From: a virus
IMG/VR virus record: IMGVR_UViG_3300021373_002437
Coordinates: 1-64,000 of that record
Direction: 5' to 3' (one strand)
DNA length: 64,000 bases
Numbering within the stretch: the stretch's first letter is position 1; each line of letters starts with the position of its first letter. Made by a program: the position numbers and the translations under genes. Positions 36,639-49,400 of this stretch are shown in pieces. The notes under the pieces are model-generated. The model made no database searches. It was given only the letters and a program-made list of their open reading frames with translations, and was not told the origin of the DNA.

Positions 36639-38546
36639 ATGGCGCAGTTAAATGTAACAGAACTGGACTTTGACGAATTAAAACAGAGCCTGAAGACCTA
36701 TTTAGAGGCTCAGTCTGAATTTGATTCTTATGATTTCGAAGGTTCAGCCATGTCAGTGCTGCTGGATACTCTTGCATACAACACACACTATAATGGTATG
36801 TTGGCCCATCTTTTGGCTAACGAGTCCTTTCTGGACACTGCGATTAAAAGAACCTCAGTTGTATCCATAGCAAAAGCATTGGGCTATACCCCAAGGTCAC
36901 GCAGAGCTTCGCTGGCGCAGGTAGATTTTTCGGTAGTTCCTGATTCGGGTTATACACAAACTACATACACACTTTCCCGTGATACCTTTTTCAATGGAAC
37001 TGTAAACGGAACAACTTATACGTTCTATCCACAGGAAGACGTTACAGCCATTCTACAGAATGTAGAAGGAACCTCTACATTCGTTTTCCCCGAATTGAAT
37101 ATTAGGCAGGGTGCCCGAGTAGAGAACAGTTTTCTAGCAGACGCTCAGAGCTTGTCTGGACCATTCACACTGCCAAATCAGAACATCGACACTACAACAT
37201 TGAGAGTTCGAGTGACAACTTCTGTAACAGACTCTACTACTGAGACATTTACCATCCAAAGCAGCCTTCTTGACGTAGATGAAAATTCCAAAATTTATTT
37301 CTTGGAAGAAAATATTGATGGTCTTTACGTTATTCGATTTGGTGATAACGTAATTGGTAAGCAGCTTACAGTAGGTAACATCATCAGTGTTGATTATCTA
37401 GTGACCGATGGTGAAGATGCAAATAAGATCGCGACCTTTTCTTGTCCAAATACTCTGACAGGTGGCAATGAAGTAAAATCTTTTGCCAACGTTTCTACGT
37501 CATCTGGTGGCGCTGAAGCGGAATCTATTGACAGCATACGTAGAACTGCCCCTAGATATAACGCAGCCAAAGAACGGGCTGTCAGTGCGTCTGATTACAA
37601 GAGTTTGATTCTGGCTAGGAATGCAAACATCCAATCGGTTGCGGTTTGGGGTGGTGAAGATAATGACCCACCAATTTATGGTAAGGTTTTCATCTCGTTG
37701 GACCCAGTTGACGGACAGATTATTACAGATGCTATCAAAGATGATATAGTAATCAATATCATTGAGCCTCGTTGTCCAGTTGGTATTTTACCAGAGTTCG
37801 TTGACCCAGAATATACCTACGTGGGAATTCGTGTAGGCATTGTTTATAATCCAAACAGCACTAGCTTTAGTGCCGGACAAATTTCAAACTTGGCAATAAC
37901 CGCAGTCAATGATTTTTTCAAAAACAATCTCAATCAACTGAACAAAAACTTTTATTATTCAAAGATTCACGATGCGGTAAAGGCTACATCAAACGCAATC
38001 ATTTCTGTGAACATAACGCCTACCGTACAAAAGAGACTCACTCCAGATGTTTTGGGTGGTAACTCTAGTTACACATTGTTCTTTAATAGTAGGGTTCAGC
38101 CGAGAGAACTACATAGTACATTTTTTGATACTACTATTTCAGGTGCTTCCTATAAAGTTAAATTACAGGATGTTCCTGATGCGGGGGTTGTTCCTCCAAA
38201 GTATAACGGCACCGGAACAGTTTTCCTACAGGATACAAATGGTACTAATGTTGCCAATGTAGGAACCATAGATTACGACACGGGAAAAATTACAATACCT
38301 ACTCTGAACATCAATGCTTTTTATGGTAGCGAAACTTTCCTGAGAGTTCAGACTAGACCACATGATGATTCAAAGGACATATTAACAAATATTTTGAGAA
38401 CATCTACTGACCCAAGCGTTGCTGCAGTTTTTCCTAAGCCTTCTAAAAATACAGTGTTGGCTTTGGATGACAGCATACTCGACGCAGCTACAGGAGCAAG
38501 GGCAGGTTTAGAAGTTGTCGTAACTACGGATGATATAACCAACTAA
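36639..38546 (+). CDS. gp6: Baseplate wedge gp6
   Basis: ELDFD.LK..L..YL..Q.EF..YDFEGS..SVLLD.LAYNTHY, NESFLDTA, RAV...DY, WGGEDN.PP.YGKVFI. Confidence 0.96.
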   Translation: MAQLNVTELDFDELKQSLKTYLEAQSEFDSYDFEGSAMSVLLDTLAYNTHYNGMLAHLLANESFLDTAIKRTSVVSIAKALGYTPRSRRASLAQVDFSVVPDSGYTQTTYTLSRDTFFNGTVNGTTYTFYPQEDVTAILQNVEGTSTFVFPELNIRQGARVENSFLADAQSLSGPFTLPNQNIDTTTLRVRVTTSVTDSTTETFTIQSSLLDVDENSKIYFLEENIDGLYVIRFGDNVIGKQLTVGNIISVDYLVTDGEDANKIATFSCPNTLTGGNEVKSFANVSTSSGGAEAESIDSIRRTAPRYNAAKERAVSASDYKSLILARNANIQSVAVWGGEDNDPPIYGKVFISLDPVDGQIITDAIKDDIVINIIEPRCPVGILPEFVDPEYTYVGIRVGIVYNPNSTSFSAGQISNLAITAVNDFFKNNLNQLNKNFYYSKIHDAVKATSNAIISVNITPTVQKRLTPDVLGGNSSYTLFFNSRVQPRELHSTFFDTTISGASYKVKLQDVPDAGVVPPKYNGTGTVFLQDTNGTNVANVGTIDYDTGKITIPTLNINAFYGSETFLRVQTRPHDDSKDILTNILRTSTDPSVAAVFPKPSKNTVLALDDSILDAATGARAGLEVVVTTDDITN

Positions 38547-41383
38547 TGTCACACGAAATACCAAGCTATTACAGGTATGTCTCCAACATCAATATTGATG
38601 ATGCTGGTAGTGGGTACCCGTCTGGTTCTAATCCAGTAGTAACAATTACCGGTGGTGGTGGAACTGGCGCTGCGGCTGTGGCCGAAGTTCTTCCCGGCAC
38701 AGACAAAATAGCAAGCGTTACTATTACAAACATTGGTAGTGGGTATACCTCCACCCCAATCGTCACCGTAGAAGGTAATGGACAACTAAGTGCAGAAGTC
38801 AGTTTTGCCAGCGCAACCCCAAGTTCAGTCACCAGAACTGCAAGCCCAAATATCAAATGGACTGTTCCTGAGTTTATCCGAAATGACTATTCCGGTGCCA
38901 CGTCCTTTCTTGGGTTCATAGAAAAATACTATTCGCATCTGGATGAGCCGGGTAATGCTATCCATGAACTTTTGAATAAAAGATACTTTGATATCGATGA
39001 CGCCGAGGGTGATATCCTTGATGCATGGAGCAGAGAATTAGCCTATAACTTCCCAAGAACAACGGAGCTTGATAGGCTAACCCTTTTCAAATATTTAAAG
39101 AGCATCTATGAGTCCAAAGGTTCAAAGCGATCTATAGAAGCATTTTTCAAGATTGTTTATGATGAAGATGTTGAAGTCACCTTCCCAAGTCAGTTTGTTC
39201 TTAGAGCATCTGATGGTCAATGGGTTGAAGAAAGATCAGTAAGAGCATTCGCTGGGTATCAAGACTACGAAGTTCTTAATATCGAAGGTACTCTGGTAGA
39301 CATTGTTTATTACGAGACTACTGGTTCTGTAACCATTGCTAAACGTGTCCAAACATCAGTACCAAAGGTATTGAAGATTTCTTATACGTCTCCGCAAAAA
39401 TATGAAATTGTTTTAGACGTACCAAAGGGAACCGTGATACCGGGTCCCGGCGCACAGGCTTCAGCAACACCAGTTATTGTTGGTGGTGTTATAACCGATT
39501 TTACGATATCAAATGCTGGATATCAATATACCGCTGCCCCAACAATACAGATTTTTGATATTAACGCAAGCCCCGGTTCTGGTTTTGAGGGAAGGGCTGT
39601 TGTGGAGAACGGACAAGTCACCGACATTGTTATCAGTGATGGTGGTAGTGGATATAATGATGGCGATACTTCAATCGTTTTCAATACAGACTCGGTTAGA
39701 ACTATAATTGTAGATCGCGGTGCCACTGCTGAAGAGGAAAATGTTCGTGCATACCTAGATCGAACTTTGGACACGATTACTTCAGGTACATATGTCGGTT
39801 CTGATGCTGGTTTCAAAGTGGGAGATACTTTCATTATCAGTGAGACTGGTGATGACGGTAGAGGATACGCTCTTGATTATTTTGCACAGGATTATGTTTT
39901 CATTGGTGGCGGTAACGATGCGATTATTCGAGTTGTTGCTGTTGATGCAAATAATGTACCCACGGCATGGGAAATTGTGAATCCGGGTAACGGGTTTATT
40001 AATTCAGTTACAACGATAACCATTACATCAGATACTGGTGAGGATTTAGATGTTGTAATTACCACCAATTACCTGTACGAATCCCCCGGAAAATATAAAG
40101 ATGACCGAGGATTCTTGTCTGATGTAAATAGGTTACAGGATAATGACAAATGGCAAAGCTACTCTTATATCATTCAATCAAACAATCCAAAGAGCCAGTG
40201 GGAGGATTCGTTTAAGGAATCCGCTCACATCGCTGGCATGGAAGTTTTTGGGGATATTGTAGTACAGTCCGAATTAAATTATGGACCAAATATTTCTATT
40301 GTTTCTATACCATATGGTCTGGTGTTGTTTGTGGTCGATACTATTAATATTGATGATAGCACTATAGTATTTGCTGTAGATAAGGTATTGGCTGATACTG
40401 CAACAACCTCTGACTCTACAGCAATAGCAACTGCAATTGCCCTTGCTGATGCGACCTCTGGCGCTACAGATAATGATTTTGATGTCGCGATGGGTCTGAG
40501 TAAAACAGATACAGTCACTACTAGTGATGCTGATATTTCATTTGTTACTTCTTATGCGTATTCAGATTCAGCAACGGTAGCAGAGGCACCAGTTTTTGAT
40601 GTTTCTAGGCCGCTTACAGACAGTGCAACAGCATCTGAAAGTGCCAGTATAAATACAAGTATAGTAAAATCTGACTCAGCTACTGCAATTGACTTGTTAG
40701 GTGGTTTTGTCTTTGGTAAGGGACTGTTAGACACAGTAACTACCTCTGACGTATTGATTACATTTGATGTTTCTATACTTCTGACAGATAGTGCTGATGC
40801 ATCCGAATCAATAAGCTTTCAGCCTGAGTTGAATATTTCAGACTCGACTGGTGCATTTGAGAATATAAATCGATTTGATATTGATAAGCCGTTTACAGAT
40901 TCGGCTAATGCAACCGAATCCATCAGTTTACATCCCAATAAGGTTAGAGGGGATTCGGTAACTACATCAGAAGCAATTGATGATTTCTTTGTTGGAAAGG
41001 CATTATTTGATACCGGTACTGCGACAGATGAAATCAATTCTTTTGATGTAGATTATACGCTGGCTGACTCAGCGGCGAGTAGCGATTCGGAAGTTTTCGA
41101 TTTTTCTAAATCGCTTACAGATACTGCCAGTCCATCAGAGAGTCTAGTAGTATCTGGGTTTGAAAGACCCTTAACAGACTCTGCTACTGCGTCAGAAAGT
41201 GCTAGTATAAATACAGGTATAACTCTAACAGATTCTACAACAAATGCAGAATCTGTTGTTAAAGCAATTTCATCAAATCCAACTAATTCTGTAAGTACTT
41301 CAGATGTTGGTTTAATTAACGTTCAAGACTTTGCCGGTGATTTTTTTGCCGAGGATTATGTCGGAACAAACTATATACTTTAG
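38546..41383 (+). CDS. gp7: Baseplate wedge initiator gp7-like with long C-terminal Ser/Thr/Asp repeat extension
   Basis: PEFIR..Y..F..F.EKYY, IYESKGSKRS...FF, LRASDG.W, LQDNDKWQ.YSY; ~20-aa repeats (LTDSATASES...) in the last third. Confidence 0.75.
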   Translation: MSHEIPSYYRYVSNINIDDAGSGYPSGSNPVVTITGGGGTGAAAVAEVLPGTDKIASVTITNIGSGYTSTPIVTVEGNGQLSAEVSFASATPSSVTRTASPNIKWTVPEFIRNDYSGATSFLGFIEKYYSHLDEPGNAIHELLNKRYFDIDDAEGDILDAWSRELAYNFPRTTELDRLTLFKYLKSIYESKGSKRSIEAFFKIVYDEDVEVTFPSQFVLRASDGQWVEERSVRAFAGYQDYEVLNIEGTLVDIVYYETTGSVTIAKRVQTSVPKVLKISYTSPQKYEIVLDVPKGTVIPGPGAQASATPVIVGGVITDFTISNAGYQYTAAPTIQIFDINASPGSGFEGRAVVENGQVTDIVISDGGSGYNDGDTSIVFNTDSVRTIIVDRGATAEEENVRAYLDRTLDTITSGTYVGSDAGFKVGDTFIISETGDDGRGYALDYFAQDYVFIGGGNDAIIRVVAVDANNVPTAWEIVNPGNGFINSVTTITITSDTGEDLDVVITTNYLYESPGKYKDDRGFLSDVNRLQDNDKWQSYSYIIQSNNPKSQWEDSFKESAHIAGMEVFGDIVVQSELNYGPNISIVSIPYGLVLFVVDTINIDDSTIVFAVDKVLADTATTSDSTAIATAIALADATSGATDNDFDVAMGLSKTDTVTTSDADISFVTSYAYSDSATVAEAPVFDVSRPLTDSATASESASINTSIVKSDSATAIDLLGGFVFGKGLLDTVTTSDVLITFDVSILLTDSADASESISFQPELNISDSTGAFENINRFDIDKPFTDSANATESISLHPNKVRGDSVTTSEAIDDFFVGKALFDTGTATDEINSFDVDYTLADSAASSDSEVFDFSKSLTDTASPSESLVVSGFERPLTDSATASESASINTGITLTDSTTNAESVVKAISSNPTNSVSTSDVGLINVQDFAGDFFAEDYVGTNYIL

Positions 41384-41392
41384 GAGATTAAA

Positions 41393-41845
41393 ATGATTGA
41401 TCAGAAAGATAAAGCGGGTGCTACTGGTGTAGTAAATCTCGTACTTAAAGACGAATTTGGCAACGTAAAAGAAGATATCAGTGTCCCCAACCTCGTTGTG
41501 GACACTGGTCTTGACTTTATCGCAGACCGAATGGAAGGCGTGGGCACAAATGTAATGTCCCACATGGAAGTTGGTACCGGTGGTACTGCCGCTGCTTCTG
41601 GTGACACTACACTAGAAACCGCTGTTGGTAGTTCACGTACTGCCCTCACTTCCACAACAGTCACTAACAACACAGTAGAGTACGTATGTACTTTTGCTGC
41701 TGGTACTGGTACTGGTGCTCTGGTAGAAGCTGGCATTTTTAATGCAGGTGCTTCTGGTGACATGCTTTGCCGTACAGTGTTCTCTGTTATTAACAAGGGC
41801 GCTAACGATAGCATGACTATCACTTGGACAATTACTATTTCTTAA
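41393..41845 (+). CDS. Small virion-type protein (tail fibre N-terminal/DUF-like)
   Basis: NLVVDTG...VGTG...EAGIFN...RTVFSVINK...ITWTIT. Confidence 0.6.
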   Translation: MIDQKDKAGATGVVNLVLKDEFGNVKEDISVPNLVVDTGLDFIADRMEGVGTNVMSHMEVGTGGTAAASGDTTLETAVGSSRTALTSTTVTNNTVEYVCTFAAGTGTGALVEAGIFNAGASGDMLCRTVFSVINKGANDSMTITWTITIS

Positions 41846-41857
41846 TAGGAATAACTC

Positions 41858-43453
41858 GTGTCACTAATACTAACAAGAGAAGGTAGGGTACAAATTGCTC
41901 GTTCGATGTTGAGAGACATTCAAAACGAGAACGACTATTATTACTTTACCATAGGCAGAACGGAAGCTTGGTCGGACGAAGAATTGCCCGATACTCCTTT
42001 GGACTCCCCAGAGTCTTTGAATGAGTATCGACGCAGAATTATGTTTGTCCAACGAGTTACCGGTGCCGATGTTTGTCACTTAGTGACACGAATAAACTGG
42101 GTGTCTGGTACTGTATATGACCCATACGATGACAATTACAGTGCCAGCAATCCAGCGTATTCTGAGGCTACCACACTTGCCGATGCAAACTTTTATGTGC
42201 TAACTGATGAGTTTAAGCTTTACAAGTGCATCGACAACAATAACAACGCTCAGAGTACAGTAAAACCAACCACAACCAGCACAGATACGGTCACTCTAGC
42301 AGACGGGTATGTATGGAAATTTCTTTTGCAAGTCACTTCGGCTGACCAGACAAAATTTCTAAATTCATCCTACATACCGGTGCGGAAGCTTACGGGCAAC
42401 CCTACCTTTGATGTGAATGGAGAGGTTGATTCTGTAAGTGTTGTTAGTGGTGGTAGTGGTTATACCACCGCGTCAGTAACTATCAGCGGTGACGGGTCTG
42501 GAGCCACGGCAACTGCCACGATTGTTGGTGATGCCGTTGATTCTATTAATGTCACCAGTGAAGGTAGTGGGTATAGCTTTGCAATCGCCTCTATAAATGG
42601 AGACGGGACTGATGCAACGGCTGATGTAATTTTGGGTGACGCAGACAGTCTACCAGCACTCCAATCTGCAGTAGAGGCTGCGGCAAGTGCTGTGGGTGGG
42701 GGTATAGATAGAATTGTTGTTACTGATGTAGGACAAGACTACAGTGAAGGAGATGTTGAAGTAGTTATCACAGGTGATGGAACTGGCGCAGAAGCAACCG
42801 CAACCGTATCAGCTAATACTGGTGCTATTACTGGAATAACCGTAACATCACCGGGCACTGGATATACTTTTGCAGACATTACATTTACTCAGGCTATTGG
42901 TATTGGTACCGGTGGAACAGCCAGAGCGGTGATTGGTCCTATTGACGGACATGGAGCAAATTCAGTTAAAGAACTTTTTGCAAACAACCTTGCTTTGGTA
43001 AGTCCATTGGCAGACCCAAATAACATCGATCTTATTGTGGATAACGATTTTAGACAAGTTGGGCTTATAAAGAACATACAAAATTTTGCAGAAGATGCCA
43101 ACTGGACAGAATCAACCGGTTCGGCTACCTTTGTAATAGATGTAAACGATGCTAATGATTATGCTGTTGATGATGTCATTACTACTGATGAGGGTGGAAG
43201 TTTTAGGGTGTCCCATTTATCAGATGATAATAGTGGTACTTTTCAGGTACATTTGATACCAGTCATACCATCAATTACTGCGAGTAGTGTTCTGACAAAT
43301 GTTACTCAAGGTTTGACTCCACTGAGTATAAATAGTGTAACCTCTCCAGAAATAAGCAATACTACAGGCGATATTTTCTATATTGAAAACATTGTAAGTA
43401 TTACGAGACAAGACAATCAAGTAGAGACAATTAAGGTACTGATCACTTTTTAG
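41858..43453 (+). CDS. gp8: Baseplate wedge gp8
   Basis: IGR...W, RINW.SG..YD.Y, FYVLT....YKCIDN, DGY.WK, NDFRQVGLI, R...Q.E.IK. Confidence 0.9.
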   Translation: MSLILTREGRVQIARSMLRDIQNENDYYYFTIGRTEAWSDEELPDTPLDSPESLNEYRRRIMFVQRVTGADVCHLVTRINWVSGTVYDPYDDNYSASNPAYSEATTLADANFYVLTDEFKLYKCIDNNNNAQSTVKPTTTSTDTVTLADGYVWKFLLQVTSADQTKFLNSSYIPVRKLTGNPTFDVNGEVDSVSVVSGGSGYTTASVTISGDGSGATATATIVGDAVDSINVTSEGSGYSFAIASINGDGTDATADVILGDADSLPALQSAVEAAASAVGGGIDRIVVTDVGQDYSEGDVEVVITGDGTGAEATATVSANTGAITGITVTSPGTGYTFADITFTQAIGIGTGGTARAVIGPIDGHGANSVKELFANNLALVSPLADPNNIDLIVDNDFRQVGLIKNIQNFAEDANWTESTGSATFVIDVNDANDYAVDDVITTDEGGSFRVSHLSDDNSGTFQVHLIPVIPSITASSVLTNVTQGLTPLSINSVTSPEISNTTGDIFYIENIVSITRQDNQVETIKVLITF

Positions 43454-43462
43454 GAAAAAATA

Positions 43463-46400
43463 ATGGCACTAGATTTAAATACTTCCCCATATTATGATGA
43501 TTACGATGGTGACAAAAACTACAATCGGATTTTATTTAAACCGGGTGTTGCTGTGCAAGCAAGAGAACTCACACAGCTTCAGACTGCACTTTCAAATCAG
43601 ATTGGTCAATTAGGCAGCTTCACTCTTAAAGATGGTGCAATCATCAGTGGCTGCGAAGAAACCCTCACTCCACTGAAGTATGTGAAGATTATTGACACCG
43701 ATGCCGGTGCTCAAACCGTTGAAAATGCCAATCTAACAAACTATGTGGGTGCTACCGTTACTGGTGGGACCACAGGACTGACTGCTCAAATCGTGGCAGT
43801 AAAGCCGGGAACCACTGGAAGTTCCCCTGATCTCAAAACTCTTTATCTGGTTTACACTGGTCGAAACAATGGAGATACCCGAGTTTTTGATCGAACAGAA
43901 ACCCTTACCGTGTCTTCTGAGGATTCTACCATTCAGGGCGATACCTTTGTAACCCACGATTCTGGAACTGACGCTGCTGCGCCTCCGGGTGATCGCACTC
44001 GATATGAGGGCACTGCACCAAAACTTCAACTTTCAGAGGGAATAATTTTTGCCCGTGGTGCTTTTGTAAGAACAAAGGCGCTTTCTGTTTTTATAGACCC
44101 ATACACATTCAATGCAAACAAGCGAGTAGGGTTTTATGTAACTGAAAATATTGTCGGCTCTACTGATGACCAGACTCTCTTAGACCCGGCTGGCGGTTCT
44201 TTTAATTTCAATGCTCCGGGTGCTGATCGTTTGCAGTTGCAGGTATCTTTACGTTCATATTCCGAAGATGTCACTCTACCAGAAAACTTTTACCAGTACG
44301 CAAGCTTCCAGAACAGAAAAATTTATCGTTCGGACATAAAGACAGACCCATTGCGTGGTCTTGGTGACATTCTTGCTCAACGAGCATATGACGCCAACGG
44401 TAGTTATAATATTTCTGGAATGCATGTCTCTATTCAAGAAGATTTGAATGATGGTTTTAACAAAGGTCTTAAGGGTGCAACACAGGGTGGTGATGCCACA
44501 AAACTCAATTTTATAGTTAGTCCCGGTAAAGCCAATCATATGGGTTACCCGGTTGAAATTCGGGCCCCATCATACTTTCAAGTTAGTAAGCCAACTACAT
44601 TTGATACCGTAGATGATATAACACAGTCAACTGCTTATGGAAACTTTGTTGTTCTTGACGAACTTTGTGGTGCGTGGGATATAGATGGTGGTGATAGCAC
44701 TGCTGGTGATGGTATTGTAGACCTATACGATACTGCCCAGACCGCAGTTACCTCTGCAACATATTCTGGTACCTCTTTATCTGGTACCAAGATTGGTAGA
44801 GCAAAAATCCGACAAATAGTTCACCGCTCTGGAACCCAAGGTGCGGCTGCTGCAGAATACGAATTGTATCTATATGATATTAAGATGGACTCTGGAGTTT
44901 TTGCTGATGTTCGTTCGGTGTCTTATCAAAATAATAATGCCGTTGGTATCGCTGATGCCGTTTTAGAAGGTGGTGCTGCAATTCTGAAGGAGCCAAACTT
45001 CAATAAGTTATTCTGGCCCCTCCCATACGCCCACATGAAAACATTGGCACCAAGCGCAACATATGATTATAGTTTCGTCTACCAAAAAGAATTTGACACA
45101 TCAGCAACCGGTGGTGGAGTCATTACTTTAGATTCTGCTCTATTACAAACCGGGCAGACATTTACTTTTGGTAATGGTGTTCTGTCAGACTCACAAATTT
45201 TAGCCAACATTAACGTGGTTGCTATAGACCCGTTCACTGCAGCAAATACTTATGTTGCTGGCGAGCATATTGATCTTACTGATGCGAGTGTTACAGTAAC
45301 CCAAAACAGTACAACATCACTATCAATCGATCTGGGTGGCACTATTGCCGCATCAAACCGTGATGTGCGGGTGTATTGTAATGTTCAATATGCAGACATT
45401 ACTCCAATAGCAAAGACTCTCAACGAAGATCGTCTTGTTAAGATTGATGCAACTACAAACGAAGAAGGCGCTTCAAGTGGAAAATATTGCTTGGGTGTAA
45501 CCGATGTATTCCGAGTAGTACAGATTACTGCAACAGATAATGCAGATTATGAAACAAACATCCGAAACGTCACAGATGAATTTTTGTTGGACAATGGACA
45601 GCGCGACAACTATTACGGTCTTGCGTCTATTAAGCTTAAGGCATCAAGCACATTCGATTTGTCAACATATAGATATGTCACAGTAAAACTGGATTTCTTT
45701 ACCCACAGTGTAAATGGTCCTACTTTTTCTGTTGTTGATTCTTATCCAATTGACGATACTGGTGCCACTGGAATTAAGACTGAAGAGATTCCGGTGTTCG
45801 CTTCTTCAAGAAATAAGATTTACGATCTTAGGAATGTGATTGACTTTCGACCTTACATGGAAAACACTGCAGCAAATACAAGTGTTATTGGTTCTGCTAC
45901 AGAAAATCCATCTAACACACAGGTTGTTGATCGTCCATCAAATGGGTTAACAAACCCATCCCCAGTGAACAGCATGACTACTGACCTAGAGTATTATCTC
46001 GGTCAGGGATATAAAGTATTTATCGCGGCTGATGGTAAAATTCGCGTCGATTTGGACACACCAAAGGCGCTACCCAAGATTCCTGTCACTCCACCAAATT
46101 CTTTGGTGTTGGCGAAAGGTATTCTTACACCATATCCGTGTCTGTCTCCAAACGCAGCAAACTACTACAATAGAGAAGACCTTGCTGCTGATATTGAACA
46201 AGTCAGAACCAAGCGTTACACCATGCGAGATATTGGTGGGCTTGAAAAGCGAATCGAAAACCTTGAGTATTACACTGCACTCAGTCTGTTAGAAACTGAG
46301 GCGAAGAATAAAGTTATTCTTGATTCAACTGGCACAGTAGATAGATTTAAAAACGGTCTTATGATCGATGCCTTCAAAGGTTATAGTGTTGCCAACGTTG

Positions 46401-49400
46401 CATCTGATGACCACAATTGCTCAATTGACCGTAAGCGTCAAGAGTTACGCGCACCGTTTGATCACAGCATTGTAGAGTTTAAACCGATCACCGGCTCTAC
46501 TGTGGGTCAAACTGGAGAAATGTTTCACGTAACATACCAAGATGCTGTTTATACTAAGCAGATGCAGGCGAGTAGCTTGCGTAACGTTGTGGGTGAACTA
46601 CTATACGCTGACCCAGATGCGAGCAATCCATTAATTCAAACCTCAGATGAGGTTGAAGCCTTAGCAATTATTGATCGGGTAAATGAGTCTTGTGTTACCC
46701 CATACACCACACCACCAACGGCTTCAGGAAAAACCTATAGCCTGTTCCGTTCACATCAAAGCATAAACGAAGGTCAGACTTTAACTATCCGTCTGGAAAC
46801 CCGTAATGTAACTGAGAATACAACTGTAGGTTATACGATTACGGGTATTGCAAGTGCAGATATTGATGGGGCACCTTTAACTGGAAACTTCACAGTAGAT
46901 GCGACTGGTGATTCAGTAGCCACCTTTAACATTACAGCAGATGGTAGTACAGAAGGAACAGAAACACTCACTCTTACGTTGGATGCTACTGATAGCCTTG
47001 GCAATTCCACAGGCTCTACTGCACCGGCTACTGCTGTAACTATCAACGACACAAGTACTTCAGTAACCCCACCGGTTTCTCCATATGGCCCATATGCTGG
47101 TAGTCTCAACATTGTCCCCAATGAGGACAGTTGGTATGATTTGGATTACGCAGAACCGGCCTACGATAATGTTGTTGGTGAATGGGACAATCTGAACATC
47201 AGCGGTAACTGGTCTGATGAGTGGGGTTCTTGGGAAGAGGTTAGTCGAGATATCATTTCACCATTCTCCACAAATACAAGCACTATTGTAGAAGAAGGAA
47301 ATGAAGTTCTAGACTCTCAATCAACCACTACGGAAAAAGTTTCTGGTGGTACTAACACTATTTTGGTTAAGAACTACTATACACCAATTACTACTTACGA
47401 TGAAACCACCACGATTAATGCTACTGTTTTGGTACAGGAACAGCGTACTGGTTTGCGTTACATCGACTATGGTTCAATCCCAGAAGAAACTACAGTAGAG
47501 TCTGAAGAAGTTCTTTCTGTTGTTGCGGCTACATTTGTACGCCCACAAGCGATTTCTGGTACCGCGACTGGTTTGATTCCAAACACGCTTCACCACGTTT
47601 CTATGGGTGGCAATAAGAAGGCAGAAGTGACCACAAACAGTCAGGGCAATGCTTCTTTCTCATTCAACATCCACCGTGGAGAGTTTGAGTGTGGCAACAT
47701 TCTTGTGACTATCAGTGATGCAAATCACTTCGATTCCATTGAATCTGCTGCATCTACTTATTTCTCTGCTAATGGTGAAAAGAGAACATTACAAAAAACC
47801 TATACTACAACCAAGTGGACTCCACCATCAACAGCAGTTCCTTTGTTCGATACTAGAGACAGAACTGAAGGTGGTGGTAGCGGCATTTCATTACAAACCA
47901 CTCCTACTGTGGATAAAATTTGGAGAACCACTACTGAGGTTACTGGTTTTGAGCCAGACCCAGAACCAGTTGTTTATGAAGACATTCTTATTTCTCAGGT
48001 TTGTAATGTTCCCGCAGATGGAACCGCAACACAAACTTGGCAACGTGGTGGCTCTTCTGGGGACACATACACAATAGAGATTTCAGACTCTGGTTGTCAG
48101 CCAGAAGTTACTGGTGCGAGCGGCGAAACCGAATGTGGAGATGGATATTACTACAACTCTACCTTGGGGATTTGTGTTCAGGCTGATGCTAACATCACTG
48201 ACATTGTAATGTATGACGAAATTGAAAACACCAGTACAGTTTCTGGTTCACAAAACGTTGCGGTGGCTAGTTTTACAAATGATGTATTAACAACTTTTGT
48301 AGAGACTACTCGTGGCGATACATATGGTGATGGTGATATTGATACGGAAGGTGTAACGGAAGAAATCATTGAGTTGATGGTTCAGGAAGATTTGGGTTAT
48401 CTGCCATACACAGAAACTATTAACGATGTTACTACTGACCCAGCAATCACCACCAAACTGGAAACTGCTGCCACATTTGATTTTTCATATGACTTTGATA
48501 TCTATGAAGAGTGGAACTATTGTTTCTGGGGCAGAGACCCAATCGCTCAAACATTCCTCGTAACAGGAATGGAAGGTGGTATGTTCGTTCCTAGCATCAA
48601 CGTTTATTTCAGACATGTTCCTGCAGAGGGTAACAACAATGGTATCACCATGCAGATTCGTGAGGTTGTTAATGGGGTTCCGGGTCCAGATACGGTCCCT
48701 AATGGAACCAGACATTTAAAGCGTTCAGAAGTTTTCTGTTCGTCTACTAACCCAGATGGAACTCATAATTATATTGCGACTAAATTTAAGTTTAGGAATC
48801 TTGTACACCTAGAAAATAACAGAGAGTATGCTGTTGTTCTTCTTCCAGACGCAGATGACCCAAATTATGTTGCGTATACTGGGGTTCTTGGTGAAACCAC
48901 TTTTGGTACTACTACTAGAATAACTAAGCAAGCACACGGTGGTATCTTTTTTACTTCCGCGAACAACAGAACTTGGACTCCTCATCAAGACGAAGACCTG
49001 ATGTTTGTTGTACATCGTTGTAACTTTAAGACCGACGAAGCACAGACCCTACTTACTGCCAATAAAAACTTTGATTGGCTATCCTTTACTGCTGATGGAT
49101 GGGAAACTGGGTCTCGTTCTGGATTCGTAGTTGGTGATGAATTGAACAGCATGACCTTTACAATTACAGATGGTGGAACCGGATATGGCTCCGACCCGAC
49201 AGTTACAATTACCGATAACAATGGTCTGGGAACGGGTGCAACCGCAACCGCTCAGAGAAGTGGTGGTGTGGTTACAAGCATTACGCTAACAGACCCCGGC
49301 TCTGGTTTTACTAGTGAATCTGATATCAGTGTAGCATTCTCTGGTGGAAGCCCGTCCACAACTGCTGTTGCAACGGCTACTCTAAACAGAGGTATTATCC

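Noticed and set aside
40640-41220. TATAAATA matches inside the gp7-like gene
   Set aside because: They arise from the repeated S-I-N-T codons within coding repeats and are not intergenic
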